Source: Nanobdellota archaeon (lineage in GTDB: Archaea; Nanobdellota; Nanobdellia; Woesearchaeales; GCA-2686295). Taken from it: DNA of 63,352 bases. Positions 7,234 through 16,608 of this stretch are shown here, in pieces. How positions within the stretch are numbered: the first letter of the stretch is position 1; each line of letters begins with the position of its first letter. The translations under genes and the position numbers were made by a program. The notes beneath the pieces are model-generated. The model did not search any database, had not been told where the DNA came from, and saw only the letters and a program-made list of their open reading frames with translations. The DNA lies in NCBI GenBank assembly GCA_018817005.1, contig JAHIUF010000031.1, positions 1 through 63,352 of the forward strand, read 5' to 3'.

Positions 7234-8447
7234 TAAAAGATTATTTTAAAGTAGCCATAAAAAATATTTTTAATCGAAAACTTAGATCATGGCTTACGAT
7301 GATAGGTATTTTTATTGGTATTGCTGCAGTTGTAGCTCTTATAAGTTTAGGAAGTGGTATGCAAAAAGCCATAACTTCACAATTTGGAAAAATAGGGGCT
7401 AATAGAATATCTATCTCACCAGGTGGTGCAATTGCAGGTCCTCTTTCAGAAAATCTGGGAAGTGGAATTCTTTATAGTAGTGATGTTGAAGCTGTCAGAA
7501 ATGTTAAAGGTGTTGAGTTTGCAACAGGACCAATAGCAGCATATGTTGAACTGGAATTTAACAAAGAAATTGAATATGTTGCTTTAATGGCTTTTGATGA
7601 TGATACAAAAACTCTCCGATACATGGAAGAAATGGGTTTAGCGGAAGTTGAATATGGTAGGCAAATCAAAACCGGCGCTACAAGAGAGGTGATACTTGGA
7701 AACAGAATTGCAAATGATCTTTTTGATAAACCAATTCAGGTTGGGAATAGTATATATGTTGATAATTACAAGTTTAATGTTGTTGGAATTCAAAAAAAAT
7801 CCGATTCATCTATGTTTGATACAGTAATAAGAATTTCAAAAAAAACTGCTGAAGACTTGTTTGAAAGAGAAAATCCTTCTAATATTTTTGCAAAAGTTGA
7901 TGATAATTATGAACCCACAGAAGTGCTTGGAAAATTAGAAAAAGCTTTAAGAAAAGAGCACAACGTAGATGAGGGAGAAGAAGATTTCACTATAGAAATT
8001 GCTGCAGATGTTATTGAATCGTTCACACGCATATTAACAACTGTTCAAATATTAGTTATTAGTATTGCTGCAATTAGTATTGTTGTTGGAGCAGTGGGAA
8101 TAACAAATACTATGTACACAGCAGTATTAGAAAGAACAGGAGAGATAGGAATCATGAAAGCAATAGGTGCAAGAAACTCAGACATACTAACAATTTTTTT
8201 AATAGAATCAGGAATGCTTGGACTTGTAGGGGGACTAATAGGTATATTTATTGGTGTTGGAATTGGAAAAGCAGTTGAAGTCATAGCCAAAGCTGCAATG
8301 AACTCAAATATTTTACAAGCACATTTTCCATGGTATTTGATTCTTGGATCGTTACTATTCAGTTTTCTCCTTGGTGCAATTGCAGGAACAATGCCTGCAA
8401 AACAAGCCTCCAAAATGAATCCCATCGATGCCTTGAGATATGAATGA
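7230..8447 (+). CDS. ABC transporter permease, MacB/FtsX family (paralogue 2)
   Basis: Same architecture and length (405 aa) as paralogue 1. Confidence 0.85.
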   Translation: MIKDYFKVAIKNIFNRKLRSWLTMIGIFIGIAAVVALISLGSGMQKAITSQFGKIGANRISISPGGAIAGPLSENLGSGILYSSDVEAVRNVKGVEFATGPIAAYVELEFNKEIEYVALMAFDDDTKTLRYMEEMGLAEVEYGRQIKTGATREVILGNRIANDLFDKPIQVGNSIYVDNYKFNVVGIQKKSDSSMFDTVIRISKKTAEDLFERENPSNIFAKVDDNYEPTEVLGKLEKALRKEHNVDEGEEDFTIEIAADVIESFTRILTTVQILVISIAAISIVVGAVGITNTMYTAVLERTGEIGIMKAIGARNSDILTIFLIESGMLGLVGGLIGIFIGVGIGKAVEVIAKAAMNSNILQAHFPWYLILGSLLFSFLLGAIAGTMPAKQASKMNPIDALRYE

Positions 8448-8467
8448 TTATTCTTAATTCTTAGTAT

Positions 8468-8590
8468 CATAAAATTTATATAATCAAAAACCAAAAGATT
8501 TTTGGATAAAAATTTTATTTACATAAAATTTATATAATCAAAAACCAAAAGATTTTTGGATAAAAATTTTATTTACATAAAATTTATAAA
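8468..8590. repeat. Tandem 54-bp repeat (2 full copies plus a partial third), each with a TATA box and a 15-nt palindrome
   Basis: Copies start at 8468, 8522 and 8576. TTTATATA lies at 8475 and 8529, and TTTATAAA at 8583. CCAAAAGATTTTTGG lies at 8491-8505 and 8545-8559. Confidence 0.9.
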
Positions 8591-8614
8591 CAATAAAAAA
8601 GAGTATTAAAATTA

Positions 8615-9610
8615 ATGGAAAAAGAAAAAATCACCAGATATTGGCTGATAATAGTATCCTTAATAATATTAACCTTAAGTTTTTTTATTGTAAAAGATTT
8701 TCTTGCATACATTGTTTTTGCGTTTGTTCTAATATTTGGTTTTTATCCTCTTTACAGATTTTTAAACAAGAAGATAAAAAACAAGAATGTTTGTGCTTGG
8801 TTGATGATATTAATTATTTTAATAATCATTATCATACCATTATTTTTTATAATAAATTCTCTCGTGCAACAAAGCTATTCTGCTTATAACAATGTAAACA
8901 ACATCGATTTTAATAAAATGGTGGGATATATTGATTTTATTTTTAAAAAAGATATAAACATTGATTATTACTTTCAAACAACCATTCTAAAAATAAGGGA
9001 TGGAATAATTCGATCAGCGCCAGGATTTATAGGTTCGGTTGCAGATATCATTTTAGGTCTTTTCATAATGTTTTTTGTGATGTTTTATGGATTTAAAGAA
9101 GGAAACAACTGGGTTTTACTTGTAAAAAACATCTTGCCTTTAAAAAATGAAGCAAAAGAAAGGTTGTTTATGGAAACTGCAAATGTTACAAAAGGAGTTA
9201 TCTATGGTCAATTCTTAACATCATTCATCCAAGGAGCTCTAGGCACAATTGCATTTCTAATATTAGGAATACCAGGAGCTGTTTTTTGGGGTTTTATAAT
9301 GATGATTCTAGCATTCATACCAGTTCTTGGAACACCAATTATTTGGCTTCCCACAGCATTAATACAACTTGCTATTGGAAGAACAGTTCAGGGAATAATA
9401 CTATTAATTTTTGGTTTTGTAATACTAATAAACATTGATAATTTGTTGAAACCAAAACTGGTGAGTGCAAAATCAAAAATTCATCCACTAGTTGCATTGA
9501 TAGGACTCTTCGGAGGTTTAAAACTATTTGGTCTTATTGGGATAATTCTCGGACCTTTAATTCTAGCAATACTTTTTGTGGGTATAAAATTTTATACTGA
9601 AGAATTATGA
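8615..9610 (+). CDS. AI-2E family (PerM/UPF0118) membrane transporter
   Basis: Polytopic ~330-aa protein with the family's typical layout. It has a central soluble insert and a C-terminal block VFWGFIMMILAFIPVLGTPIIWLP...LLKPKLV. Confidence 0.7.
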   Translation: MEKEKITRYWLIIVSLIILTLSFFIVKDFLAYIVFAFVLIFGFYPLYRFLNKKIKNKNVCAWLMILIILIIIIIPLFFIINSLVQQSYSAYNNVNNIDFNKMVGYIDFIFKKDINIDYYFQTTILKIRDGIIRSAPGFIGSVADIILGLFIMFFVMFYGFKEGNNWVLLVKNILPLKNEAKERLFMETANVTKGVIYGQFLTSFIQGALGTIAFLILGIPGAVFWGFIMMILAFIPVLGTPIIWLPTALIQLAIGRTVQGIILLIFGFVILINIDNLLKPKLVSAKSKIHPLVALIGLFGGLKLFGLIGIILGPLILAILFVGIKFYTEEL

Positions 9611-9614
9611 TTTT

Positions 9615-10541
9615 TTAAAGCGATTTAGTGTAATACTGCATTTTCTTCTTAATATCATCCTTTAAATTTTCATCAATAAATAGTTTATCTATTTCGTTAT
9701 TCCAATCAATTTTTGGTATGTTGTAAAACTTACTTTCAAAAGTCCTATTTGCAGACTCAACTTGAAAAACGAGTTCTTTTGCTTTTTTTGAATTCAAAAT
9801 TTTTATTGCAGGAAGTTTTGTTATATTATCAGCACCAGAAAGCAACAAGTCTTTTACCTCTCCAAGTCTATTTGACCATGTACCTGCAATTATTTGAAGT
9901 TTTGGAAATGCAACTCTCGTTCTTTTTATCCACTCAACATAATACTTTGTGGTCGGACCTTTCTTAAAAATAGTTCCTTCTTGTGGTTTTAATGCATAAA
10001 ATGTTACTCTATTCACAAAATATTTTTTTATAAAATCTAAAAGTTTAGGAATATCATTTTTTGTTTCTCCAAGACCAATTATTATCGTCATCGCTTTTTG
10101 AAGCCCAAACTCATCGCAAATCTTAAACATCTCAGTAATCTCATTTAGTGGTTTTGATGGACAAAGTTTTTCTCTCAGAGAAGAATTTATACACTCAACT
10201 GTTCCTGCCACGCCCTTTATGTAAGGTTCAAATAATAGGAGGTCTTCTTTTGTTAAAACACCGATGTTTAACCATTGCTTTTCTTTTGTTATAGAATAAA
10301 TGTTTTTTAAGATATCCAAAATCTCCTCCTTTAAAAGAGCATCGTATCCTCCTGATAAGAATTCTATTTTCCAATTTAACTTTTTACAAATAAGCGCTTC
10401 TGCAAATATTGACGCTCTAGTCCTTCTAGATTTATCTTTGTCAACCTTTCCTTTCAAAGTGCTCATATAGCAAAAAGCACAGTCTTGTTTTGAACAATAC
10501 CAGTTAAGAAATATTGCTCTTTCAAAAAAAACCTTCTTCAT
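9615..10541 (-). CDS. Radical SAM protein, BioB/ThiH-like fold
   Basis: Cys cluster CSKQDCAFC (CX4CX2C) near the N-terminus, a GGY motif, and IIGLGETKND resembling the BioB-type GxGET. Confidence 0.6.
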   Translation of the reverse strand: MKKVFFERAIFLNWYCSKQDCAFCYMSTLKGKVDKDKSRRTRASIFAEALICKKLNWKIEFLSGGYDALLKEEILDILKNIYSITKEKQWLNIGVLTKEDLLLFEPYIKGVAGTVECINSSLREKLCPSKPLNEITEMFKICDEFGLQKAMTIIIGLGETKNDIPKLLDFIKKYFVNRVTFYALKPQEGTIFKKGPTTKYYVEWIKRTRVAFPKLQIIAGTWSNRLGEVKDLLLSGADNITKLPAIKILNSKKAKELVFQVESANRTFESKFYNIPKIDWNNEIDKLFIDENLKDDIKKKMQYYTKSL

Positions 10542-10573
10542 ATAATAAAAAGAAAAAAGATTAATTTAAAAAA

Positions 10574-12049
10574 TTATAGTATTGGCAGAAGCTCATTTAT
10601 CTCATAAGGCGATATTGCTGTTTTGTAACCGTTATTTTTTAATCGTTTTATCAAAGAAACCTTCTTTAAAGAAGCCTTGTATTCTCCTAGATGTTTTCTT
10701 CTGTCCTCTATAAAACTTTTAAAAAGATGTTCTCCTAAAGTTTCTTTTACTATGTCACTTTGTTCTGTTAATTTTAGTGCTTCTTCTAGATTTTTGGGAA
10801 GACTTCGTATTCCTTTTGCAGCCCTTTGAAAAGAATTCATTTCATAAACATTTGCCTTGGTTGGACTTGGAAAATCATAACTATTCATTATGCCTTTAAT
10901 TCCTGCATTAATCATAACTGCAAATGCCAAGTAAGGATTTGCTGCAGGATCTGGACTTCGAAGTTCAAGTCTTGTAGCTTTTTCAAGATTTGGAGCATAT
11001 TGAGGTTTTCTGATTAGATTTGAACGATTTTGAGGATCCCAACAAATATATACTGGAGCTTCATATCCTGGAACGAGTCGCTTGTAAGAATTAACCCATG
11101 AATTAAGAACAGATGTTATTTCTGGGATGTGCGTTAATAAACCCGCCATGTATTGTTTTCCCATCTTAGAGAGTTTATGTTCATCTTTTGAATCAAAAAA
11201 AAGATTAATATCTTTATTAAACATTGACTGATGAACATGCATACCGCTACCGTTTATTTTAGCAATCGGCTTTGGCATGAAACTTGCAAAGAGACCTGCT
11301 TCTCTTGCAGTTCTTCGAACAACATACTTGTATAACATTATAAAGTCGGCCATTTCTAAAGCGTCAAGATATCGCACATCTGTTTCGTGTTGTGAGTGAG
11401 CCACTTCATGATGATCATACTCAAATTCATAACCCATCATCTGCATCAACAACTGTGTCTCTTTTCTTATCTCGCCAAATCTGCCTGTTTTAAAATAACT
11501 TCCACTATCTAGAAGTACAGGTTTTTCATCAACAATTTTTGGTCTTCCAAAACCATTAGATTCAAATAAAAAATACTCCAGCTCTGGTCCAACATAAATT
11601 TTATCTGCACCTATTTTTAATTTGGCTTTTTCAAGGGTTTTTTTAAGCACAGCTCTACAATCACCCTCATAATCAGTTCCATCAGGATTTTTTATATCTG
11701 CAAAAACAACTGCTTCTCGCCATTCGACATCTACGCCTTTTGTTTTTCCTTTGTATTTCCAAGGCAGTATTCTTGCAGTTTTTGGATCTGGAAAAGCAAT
11801 TTTATCGCTTTCATTTATTCTTGCCTGTCCAAGAACTGAACTACCATCATAACCCTTTCCATGTTTGAACATGTCTTCATTCATCTCATATACAGGTACA
11901 GAAAACTCACATTGAACATTTCCTAAAAGGTCTGCAAACCAAAACCTGACAAATTGTATGTCAGGATTTTCTTTAAGCATTGTCATAAAATCTTTTTCAT
12001 TCCTACAGGGTTTAAATTCTTTCGGATTAAAAATATTTTTTTGTAGCAT
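10574..12049 (-). CDS. glnA: Glutamine synthetase, type I
   Basis: NGSGMHVHQS, VPGYEAPVYICW and NRSNLIRKP motifs, with overall GS-I length plus a short C-terminal extension. Confidence 0.9.
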   Translation of the reverse strand: MLQKNIFNPKEFKPCRNEKDFMTMLKENPDIQFVRFWFADLLGNVQCEFSVPVYEMNEDMFKHGKGYDGSSVLGQARINESDKIAFPDPKTARILPWKYKGKTKGVDVEWREAVVFADIKNPDGTDYEGDCRAVLKKTLEKAKLKIGADKIYVGPELEYFLFESNGFGRPKIVDEKPVLLDSGSYFKTGRFGEIRKETQLLMQMMGYEFEYDHHEVAHSQHETDVRYLDALEMADFIMLYKYVVRRTAREAGLFASFMPKPIAKINGSGMHVHQSMFNKDINLFFDSKDEHKLSKMGKQYMAGLLTHIPEITSVLNSWVNSYKRLVPGYEAPVYICWDPQNRSNLIRKPQYAPNLEKATRLELRSPDPAANPYLAFAVMINAGIKGIMNSYDFPSPTKANVYEMNSFQRAAKGIRSLPKNLEEALKLTEQSDIVKETLGEHLFKSFIEDRRKHLGEYKASLKKVSLIKRLKNNGYKTAISPYEINELLPIL

Positions 12050-12182
12050 AAAATGTTGAAAACATAATCTTTTAATAACTTTTTGGCAAAATAATTAAAC
12101 AAAAAAGTCTTTAAAATGAGAAAATTTAAATATTTGTTTACTTTTTGTGAAAAAAAAGATTGTTTTTTAAACAAATGTTAAG

Positions 12183-12626
12183 ATGAAATTAGACGAAACC
12201 GATAAAAAGATATTAAATGTTTTAATTGATGATTCGAGACTTTCATATCGTCAGATTGCAAAAAAAATACTTGTGTCTGCAGCAACAGTTATGCATCGAG
12301 TAAAAAGACTGGAAAAAGAAAAAATAATAGAAAGATATGGCGCACAAATAGACTACGATTTATTAGGCTATGATATACATGTACTTATAGACTTAAGAGT
12401 TGCTAAAGGAAAACTATTTGAAATTGAAAAAAAGATTGCTGCAAACAACAATGTCTACGCTGTTTATGATAATACAGGACACTTCGATGCAACAATTCTT
12501 GCAAAGTTTAAAAACAGAAGAAGCATGGATGAATTTCTAAAAAAAATTCAAAAATTTGATTTTGTAGAAAGAACAGAAACTAAGCTTATTCTAAACACTA
12601 TAAAAGAACAAGGCATAAAACTCTAA
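12183..12626 (+). CDS. Lrp/AsnC family transcriptional regulator
   Basis: N-terminal HTH DETDKKILNVLIDDSRLSYRQIAKKILVSAATVMHRVKRLEKEKII plus a RAM-type C-terminal domain. Divergent from glnA. Confidence 0.85.
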   Translation: MKLDETDKKILNVLIDDSRLSYRQIAKKILVSAATVMHRVKRLEKEKIIERYGAQIDYDLLGYDIHVLIDLRVAKGKLFEIEKKIAANNNVYAVYDNTGHFDATILAKFKNRRSMDEFLKKIQKFDFVERTETKLILNTIKEQGIKL

Positions 12627-14455
12627 AGATTCTGCCAACAATGCATTAACTCTAAAAATAAAGCTGAACTCCAAGCCTGAGAAAGACATCCTTCAGAACG
12701 CATTTCTAAAGCAGAACTTATCTCTGCATGATGACCGATAAACCCTGAGAACAGTATTTCATCCTTGCTTGCAGAAATAATTTTTTCAACAAAATACTTA
12801 AACTTCTGCTTGTCAAGAGAAAGCATAGAAATTGCTACCAATGAATTCATAAAAAACCAACTGTCACCCCTATGATAACTCTTGTTATCAGTTCCAGAAT
12901 GATAAGGTACAAATAAAGGACTATTTTTGTCAATTGAAGAAATACCACCCCAATCAAGCCATAAAGCTCTGATAGCTTTTTTGAATACAAGCATCCACTC
13001 AAATTTTCTTAATAATTCAGGATAAACATAATAAGCTATGAAAACATTAGGCCTTACAGTTTTATCAAAACCATTATTATATCCATCAAGAAGCATTCCT
13101 TCTTTGAAAAACACTTTTTTAATTTTCTTCACAAAGGTTTTCTCAATATCCTTATATCCTTTAAAAGGAAGATCTAAAAGCTTACACATAAGCTTCATGA
13201 GTTTAAAGAAATTTAGAAACAAAGCTTGAATTTCAATTCGTTCACCAGCCCTTCCATCATCATTAAAAGATGTATCCATCCATGTTTCTTTTTCTTTGTT
13301 AATAATAAGATAATTCTCCATGTGAGATAAAATGTGTTCCTCAATACAAAAATGGAGTTTGTGCTTTATAAGCTCTAATTCTTTTTCTGAAAAATAATCA
13401 TTAACAAGATTTTTTTCATACAATGTTTGTAATAAATCATAAAACCTCTTGAAAAGCCAGCCAATACTATCTGCAGAATCTAATTTTGATTCCGGCAAGC
13501 GATTAGGAAGTCTGCCATTAGACTGTATCTCATCTAAATATTCAAAAAGTCTTTTTTTCACATATGAATAACGTTCTTGTAAAATCCAAGCCTTAAGAGA
13601 AATTAATTCATCACGAGACCAGAATTGAAAAAACCAAGGAAAACCAGCCAAAACACCCTCTTTTTTGTTCTTTTCACCCAATATAACTGTTAAATCATCT
13701 AATGATTTTAAAGCCGCATCATAGGCAAAGTCTTCATTTTTCAAAAGCTTTTTTGTGTGAGTAATTAAAGTTTGCTTTAAAAAATCAAAGTGATCAAAAG
13801 CAAACTTACATTTGTCAATTGCTTTCTTTTCAGAGTCCGCATGAGCAAATATTAACTTTAAAGAATTAGGGCAGAATATTTTTAAGGCTTTAAAAATATG
13901 AAATTCATAACGATCATTTCTTTTTTTATCATAAGAATATTTTTTTTTTGTCCACTCACAAATTTTTTCAAAAGAGTCAGCACCTCTTATTACTAAATAA
14001 TATTGTTTGTGAATATTTATAAGAGAACTATCTGAATGTTTTTTGTAATGAATTATTATATAATCTCCTTTCTTTGTTACATCATAAATTCTTCCTTTAT
14101 CATCAAAATCATAGATGTTTCTAAAGTCTAACTCCAGATTTATAAACCCTTCATAATTATCAACTTCATACAAAAGGGCTTTTGATGTGAGAAAAAAAGT
14201 TTCTGAAGAATCTCCTGATAATCTTTTGATATTTGAAAAGTGATTTTCTAAAACAGTCACTTCTTTTTCTAAATAAATATTTTCAACAACTTTAAACAAG
14301 TCCATATTTGAATCTATAAAGCACCATCCTTGAAAGTATGAACTATTTTGATTTGTTCCCAAGGACAAATAACTTCCTGCCTTGTTTGAGAGAAGAAAAC
14401 TACCCTCACCCTCTTTTTTTATAGCTCGATGACCGAGCTTATGCACTATTCTCAT
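12623..14455 (-). CDS. Glycogen debranching enzyme (amylo-alpha-1,6-glucosidase, GDE_C type)
   Basis: GFPWFFQFWSRDELISL matches the GDE_C hallmark (PWF..WGRD). C-terminal (alpha/alpha)6-like region includes SQAWS. Confidence 0.8.
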   Translation of the reverse strand: MRIVHKLGHRAIKKEGEGSFLLSNKAGSYLSLGTNQNSSYFQGWCFIDSNMDLFKVVENIYLEKEVTVLENHFSNIKRLSGDSSETFFLTSKALLYEVDNYEGFINLELDFRNIYDFDDKGRIYDVTKKGDYIIIHYKKHSDSSLINIHKQYYLVIRGADSFEKICEWTKKKYSYDKKRNDRYEFHIFKALKIFCPNSLKLIFAHADSEKKAIDKCKFAFDHFDFLKQTLITHTKKLLKNEDFAYDAALKSLDDLTVILGEKNKKEGVLAGFPWFFQFWSRDELISLKAWILQERYSYVKKRLFEYLDEIQSNGRLPNRLPESKLDSADSIGWLFKRFYDLLQTLYEKNLVNDYFSEKELELIKHKLHFCIEEHILSHMENYLIINKEKETWMDTSFNDDGRAGERIEIQALFLNFFKLMKLMCKLLDLPFKGYKDIEKTFVKKIKKVFFKEGMLLDGYNNGFDKTVRPNVFIAYYVYPELLRKFEWMLVFKKAIRALWLDWGGISSIDKNSPLFVPYHSGTDNKSYHRGDSWFFMNSLVAISMLSLDKQKFKYFVEKIISASKDEILFSGFIGHHAEISSALEMRSEGCLSQAWSSALFLELMHCWQNL

Positions 14456-15438
14456 TCTCTGCCATGAATTATCTTTGAATGATCGCCAATATTTAATCTT
14501 TTATAAAAACCCTTTACTCTTGCAAAAGAGCCAACAATTGATTCATCCAGTTGAGCATCTTCAATACAAGAGCTCTCACCCAACAAACTGTTTTTAACAA
14601 TGGAATTTGAAATAATTGAATTTCTTGCAACAGTAACATTTGGACCGATAATAGAATTCATAATTAAAACATTATCTTCTATGTGAACTGGTTCTATTAT
14701 CAATGAATTTTTACTTTTCAAAGGTTTATTTCTACCTGTTTTCAAAAGGAACCTATTTGTCTGAAGAAGAGTTTCAGGCTTTCCACAATCCTCCCAAAAA
14801 GACACTTTTTTTGCATCAAATCTCGAGCCATAACCAATCATCAGGTTTAAAGCGTCAACAAGATAAAACTCACCTTTAAGCTGCATATCTCTCTTTATAA
14901 GTTCATCAATGCAATTAAATAAAAGTTTGTGATTCTTAACATAATATAGTCCAATATTTACTAGGTTTGAAGAAGGATTCTTTGGCTTTTCAATTATTTT
15001 TTTCACAATACCTTTTTTATCTGGAAAAACAACTCCAAACCGTTCAGGGTCTGGGTGTTCTTTAACAAAAATCAAACCATCATTTTTTGTGGATTGCAAT
15101 TTTTTTAAATCAGGATTAGAAATGGTATCAGAAAACCATATTAAAACATCTTCATGAACAAATTTTTCTGCAAGTCTTATTGCATGTGCTTGACCTTTCA
15201 ATTCTTTTTGAACAACGAATTTTGCATCAAAATCATAGTTTCGCATAACAAAATCCTTAACTTGTTCTCCTAAATAGCCTATAATAAAAATAACTTCCTT
15301 TACACCTGCTTTTTTTAGCGGGTCAAGAATGTATGATAAAACCGGTTTTCCGGCAACTCTAATAAGAGGTTTAGCCTTAGTGTGCGTATGTGGTAAAAGC
15401 CTCGTTCCTCTCCCTGCTAAAGGTATTATTACTTGCAT
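14452..15438 (-). CDS. Sugar-1-phosphate nucleotidyltransferase with C-terminal left-handed beta-helix
   Basis: IIPLAGRGTRLLPHTHTKAKPLIRVAGKPVL is the nucleotidyltransferase G-rich loop. The C-terminus has hexapeptide-like repeats. 4-nt overlap with the debranching enzyme gene. Confidence 0.8.
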   Translation of the reverse strand: MQVIIPLAGRGTRLLPHTHTKAKPLIRVAGKPVLSYILDPLKKAGVKEVIFIIGYLGEQVKDFVMRNYDFDAKFVVQKELKGQAHAIRLAEKFVHEDVLIWFSDTISNPDLKKLQSTKNDGLIFVKEHPDPERFGVVFPDKKGIVKKIIEKPKNPSSNLVNIGLYYVKNHKLLFNCIDELIKRDMQLKGEFYLVDALNLMIGYGSRFDAKKVSFWEDCGKPETLLQTNRFLLKTGRNKPLKSKNSLIIEPVHIEDNVLIMNSIIGPNVTVARNSIISNSIVKNSLLGESSCIEDAQLDESIVGSFARVKGFYKRLNIGDHSKIIHGRE

Positions 15439-15549
15439 CGAGAATAGAAAAAGAAGAGTTATTAATAAAGATTTTGGAAAAAGAAGACATTTGACACGAA
15501 GCCTTTCACACCAAAAACTATTTATATGCTTTAAAAGAATTATTCTTTT

Positions 15550-16608
15550 ATGAAAAACATAACTAATATTTCTGAATACGTAAAGAAACTTTCCAAAGAA
15601 AAAAAAGAGGTTTTTTCAAGGATATTTGAACTCACAACCAGCATTGGAAGAATGAAAATCCCGACTGAGATGAAATCATGGGTTATAAGCCAGTTTGGGT
15701 CATTAGAAGCAGTTCAAAAACAAAAAATTGTGAGAATTGATAATAAACTAACCTTTGAAACAAGTCTTTATAATGAGCTTAGAACAAAAATACCTGCGGA
15801 CGTTCAACATACAAGTGAAGTAAAAAAAATTATTGAAGAAAAGAGAGGCGGACCATTTTGCAATCCAAAAACCCAAACACCCGAAGACACATTTGGAAGA
15901 ATTGAAGGCAAAGCATCAATTACTGCCAGCAATGTTGCGAAATATGATGCAGAACATGGACTTATTATTTTCAAAGAACACAACCCTCTTCATTTTAAAC
16001 CAAAAGAAATAAAGGATTATTTGGACGTCGCTGAAAAATGGATAAAAAAAGTGCATGAAAAAAATTCTCAAAATAAATACCCGTATATTCTTTGGAATTG
16101 TTTGTGGAAAGCAGGAGCAAGTCTTATTCATGGTCATATGCAGGTTCTAGTCGGGAAAAAAAGACATTACAGTGAAATAGAACTGTTAAAATTCGCATCG
16201 AGTTTTTACAAAGAATTATACAATAGCGATTATTTTGAAGACTTTTATGAAGTTCATAAGGCTTTAGGACTGGGTTTTGAACATGGTAAAAACAAGATAA
16301 TGGTTAATCTCACTGCTAAAAAAGAAAAAGAAGTGATTATTATGGGACAAAACCTTTTAGAGTGTTCTGAAGCGATTTATAGGGTTTTGCAAGCATATTT
16401 TAACATGGGTGTTGAGAGTTTTAATATGGGTGTTTATCTGCCACCAATGGATAACTCTTGGAGTTTACCATTAATTATAAGACTCGTTGATAGAGGCTCT
16501 CTTTCGAAGAACACCACCGACATTGGTGGTATGGAACTGTTTGCAAGGTCAAGCATCATACTTTCCGACCCATACAAAGTTCTTTTAAAAATAAAAAAAG
16601 AATTTTAA
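15550..16608 (+). CDS. GalT/HIT-superfamily-like nucleotidyltransferase or NDP-sugar phosphorylase (tentative)
   Basis: H-x-H-x-Q active-site-like motif IHGHMQV, in glycogen gene context. No clear N-terminal CxxC zinc site. Confidence 0.45.
   Translation: MKNITNISEYVKKLSKEKKEVFSRIFELTTSIGRMKIPTEMKSWVISQFGSLEAVQKQKIVRIDNKLTFETSLYNELRTKIPADVQHTSEVKKIIEEKRGGPFCNPKTQTPEDTFGRIEGKASITASNVAKYDAEHGLIIFKEHNPLHFKPKEIKDYLDVAEKWIKKVHEKNSQNKYPYILWNCLWKAGASLIHGHMQVLVGKKRHYSEIELLKFASSFYKELYNSDYFEDFYEVHKALGLGFEHGKNKIMVNLTAKKEKEVIIMGQNLLECSEAIYRVLQAYFNMGVESFNMGVYLPPMDNSWSLPLIIRLVDRGSLSKNTTDIGGMELFARSSIILSDPYKVLLKIKKEF

Noticed and set aside
8045-8494. 149-aa minus-strand ORF overlapping the 3' end of the second FtsX gene.
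   Set aside because: It is antisense to a strongly supported permease gene, and its apparent TM-like sequence is the mirror of the FtsX helices.
8468-8590. Considered whether the 54-bp tandem repeat is a small CRISPR array.
   Set aside because: The copies are directly contiguous with no unique spacers. Each contains a TATA box and a terminator-like palindrome, and no cas genes are nearby.
13940-13949. Homopolymer runs inside coding regions (T10 at 13940-13949 in the debranching enzyme gene; A10 at 47179-47188 in the FlaJ-like gene), considered as phase-variation switches.
   Set aside because: Both encode Lys runs in intact frames. Such runs are expected at this base composition, and a single sequence gives no evidence of length polymorphism.
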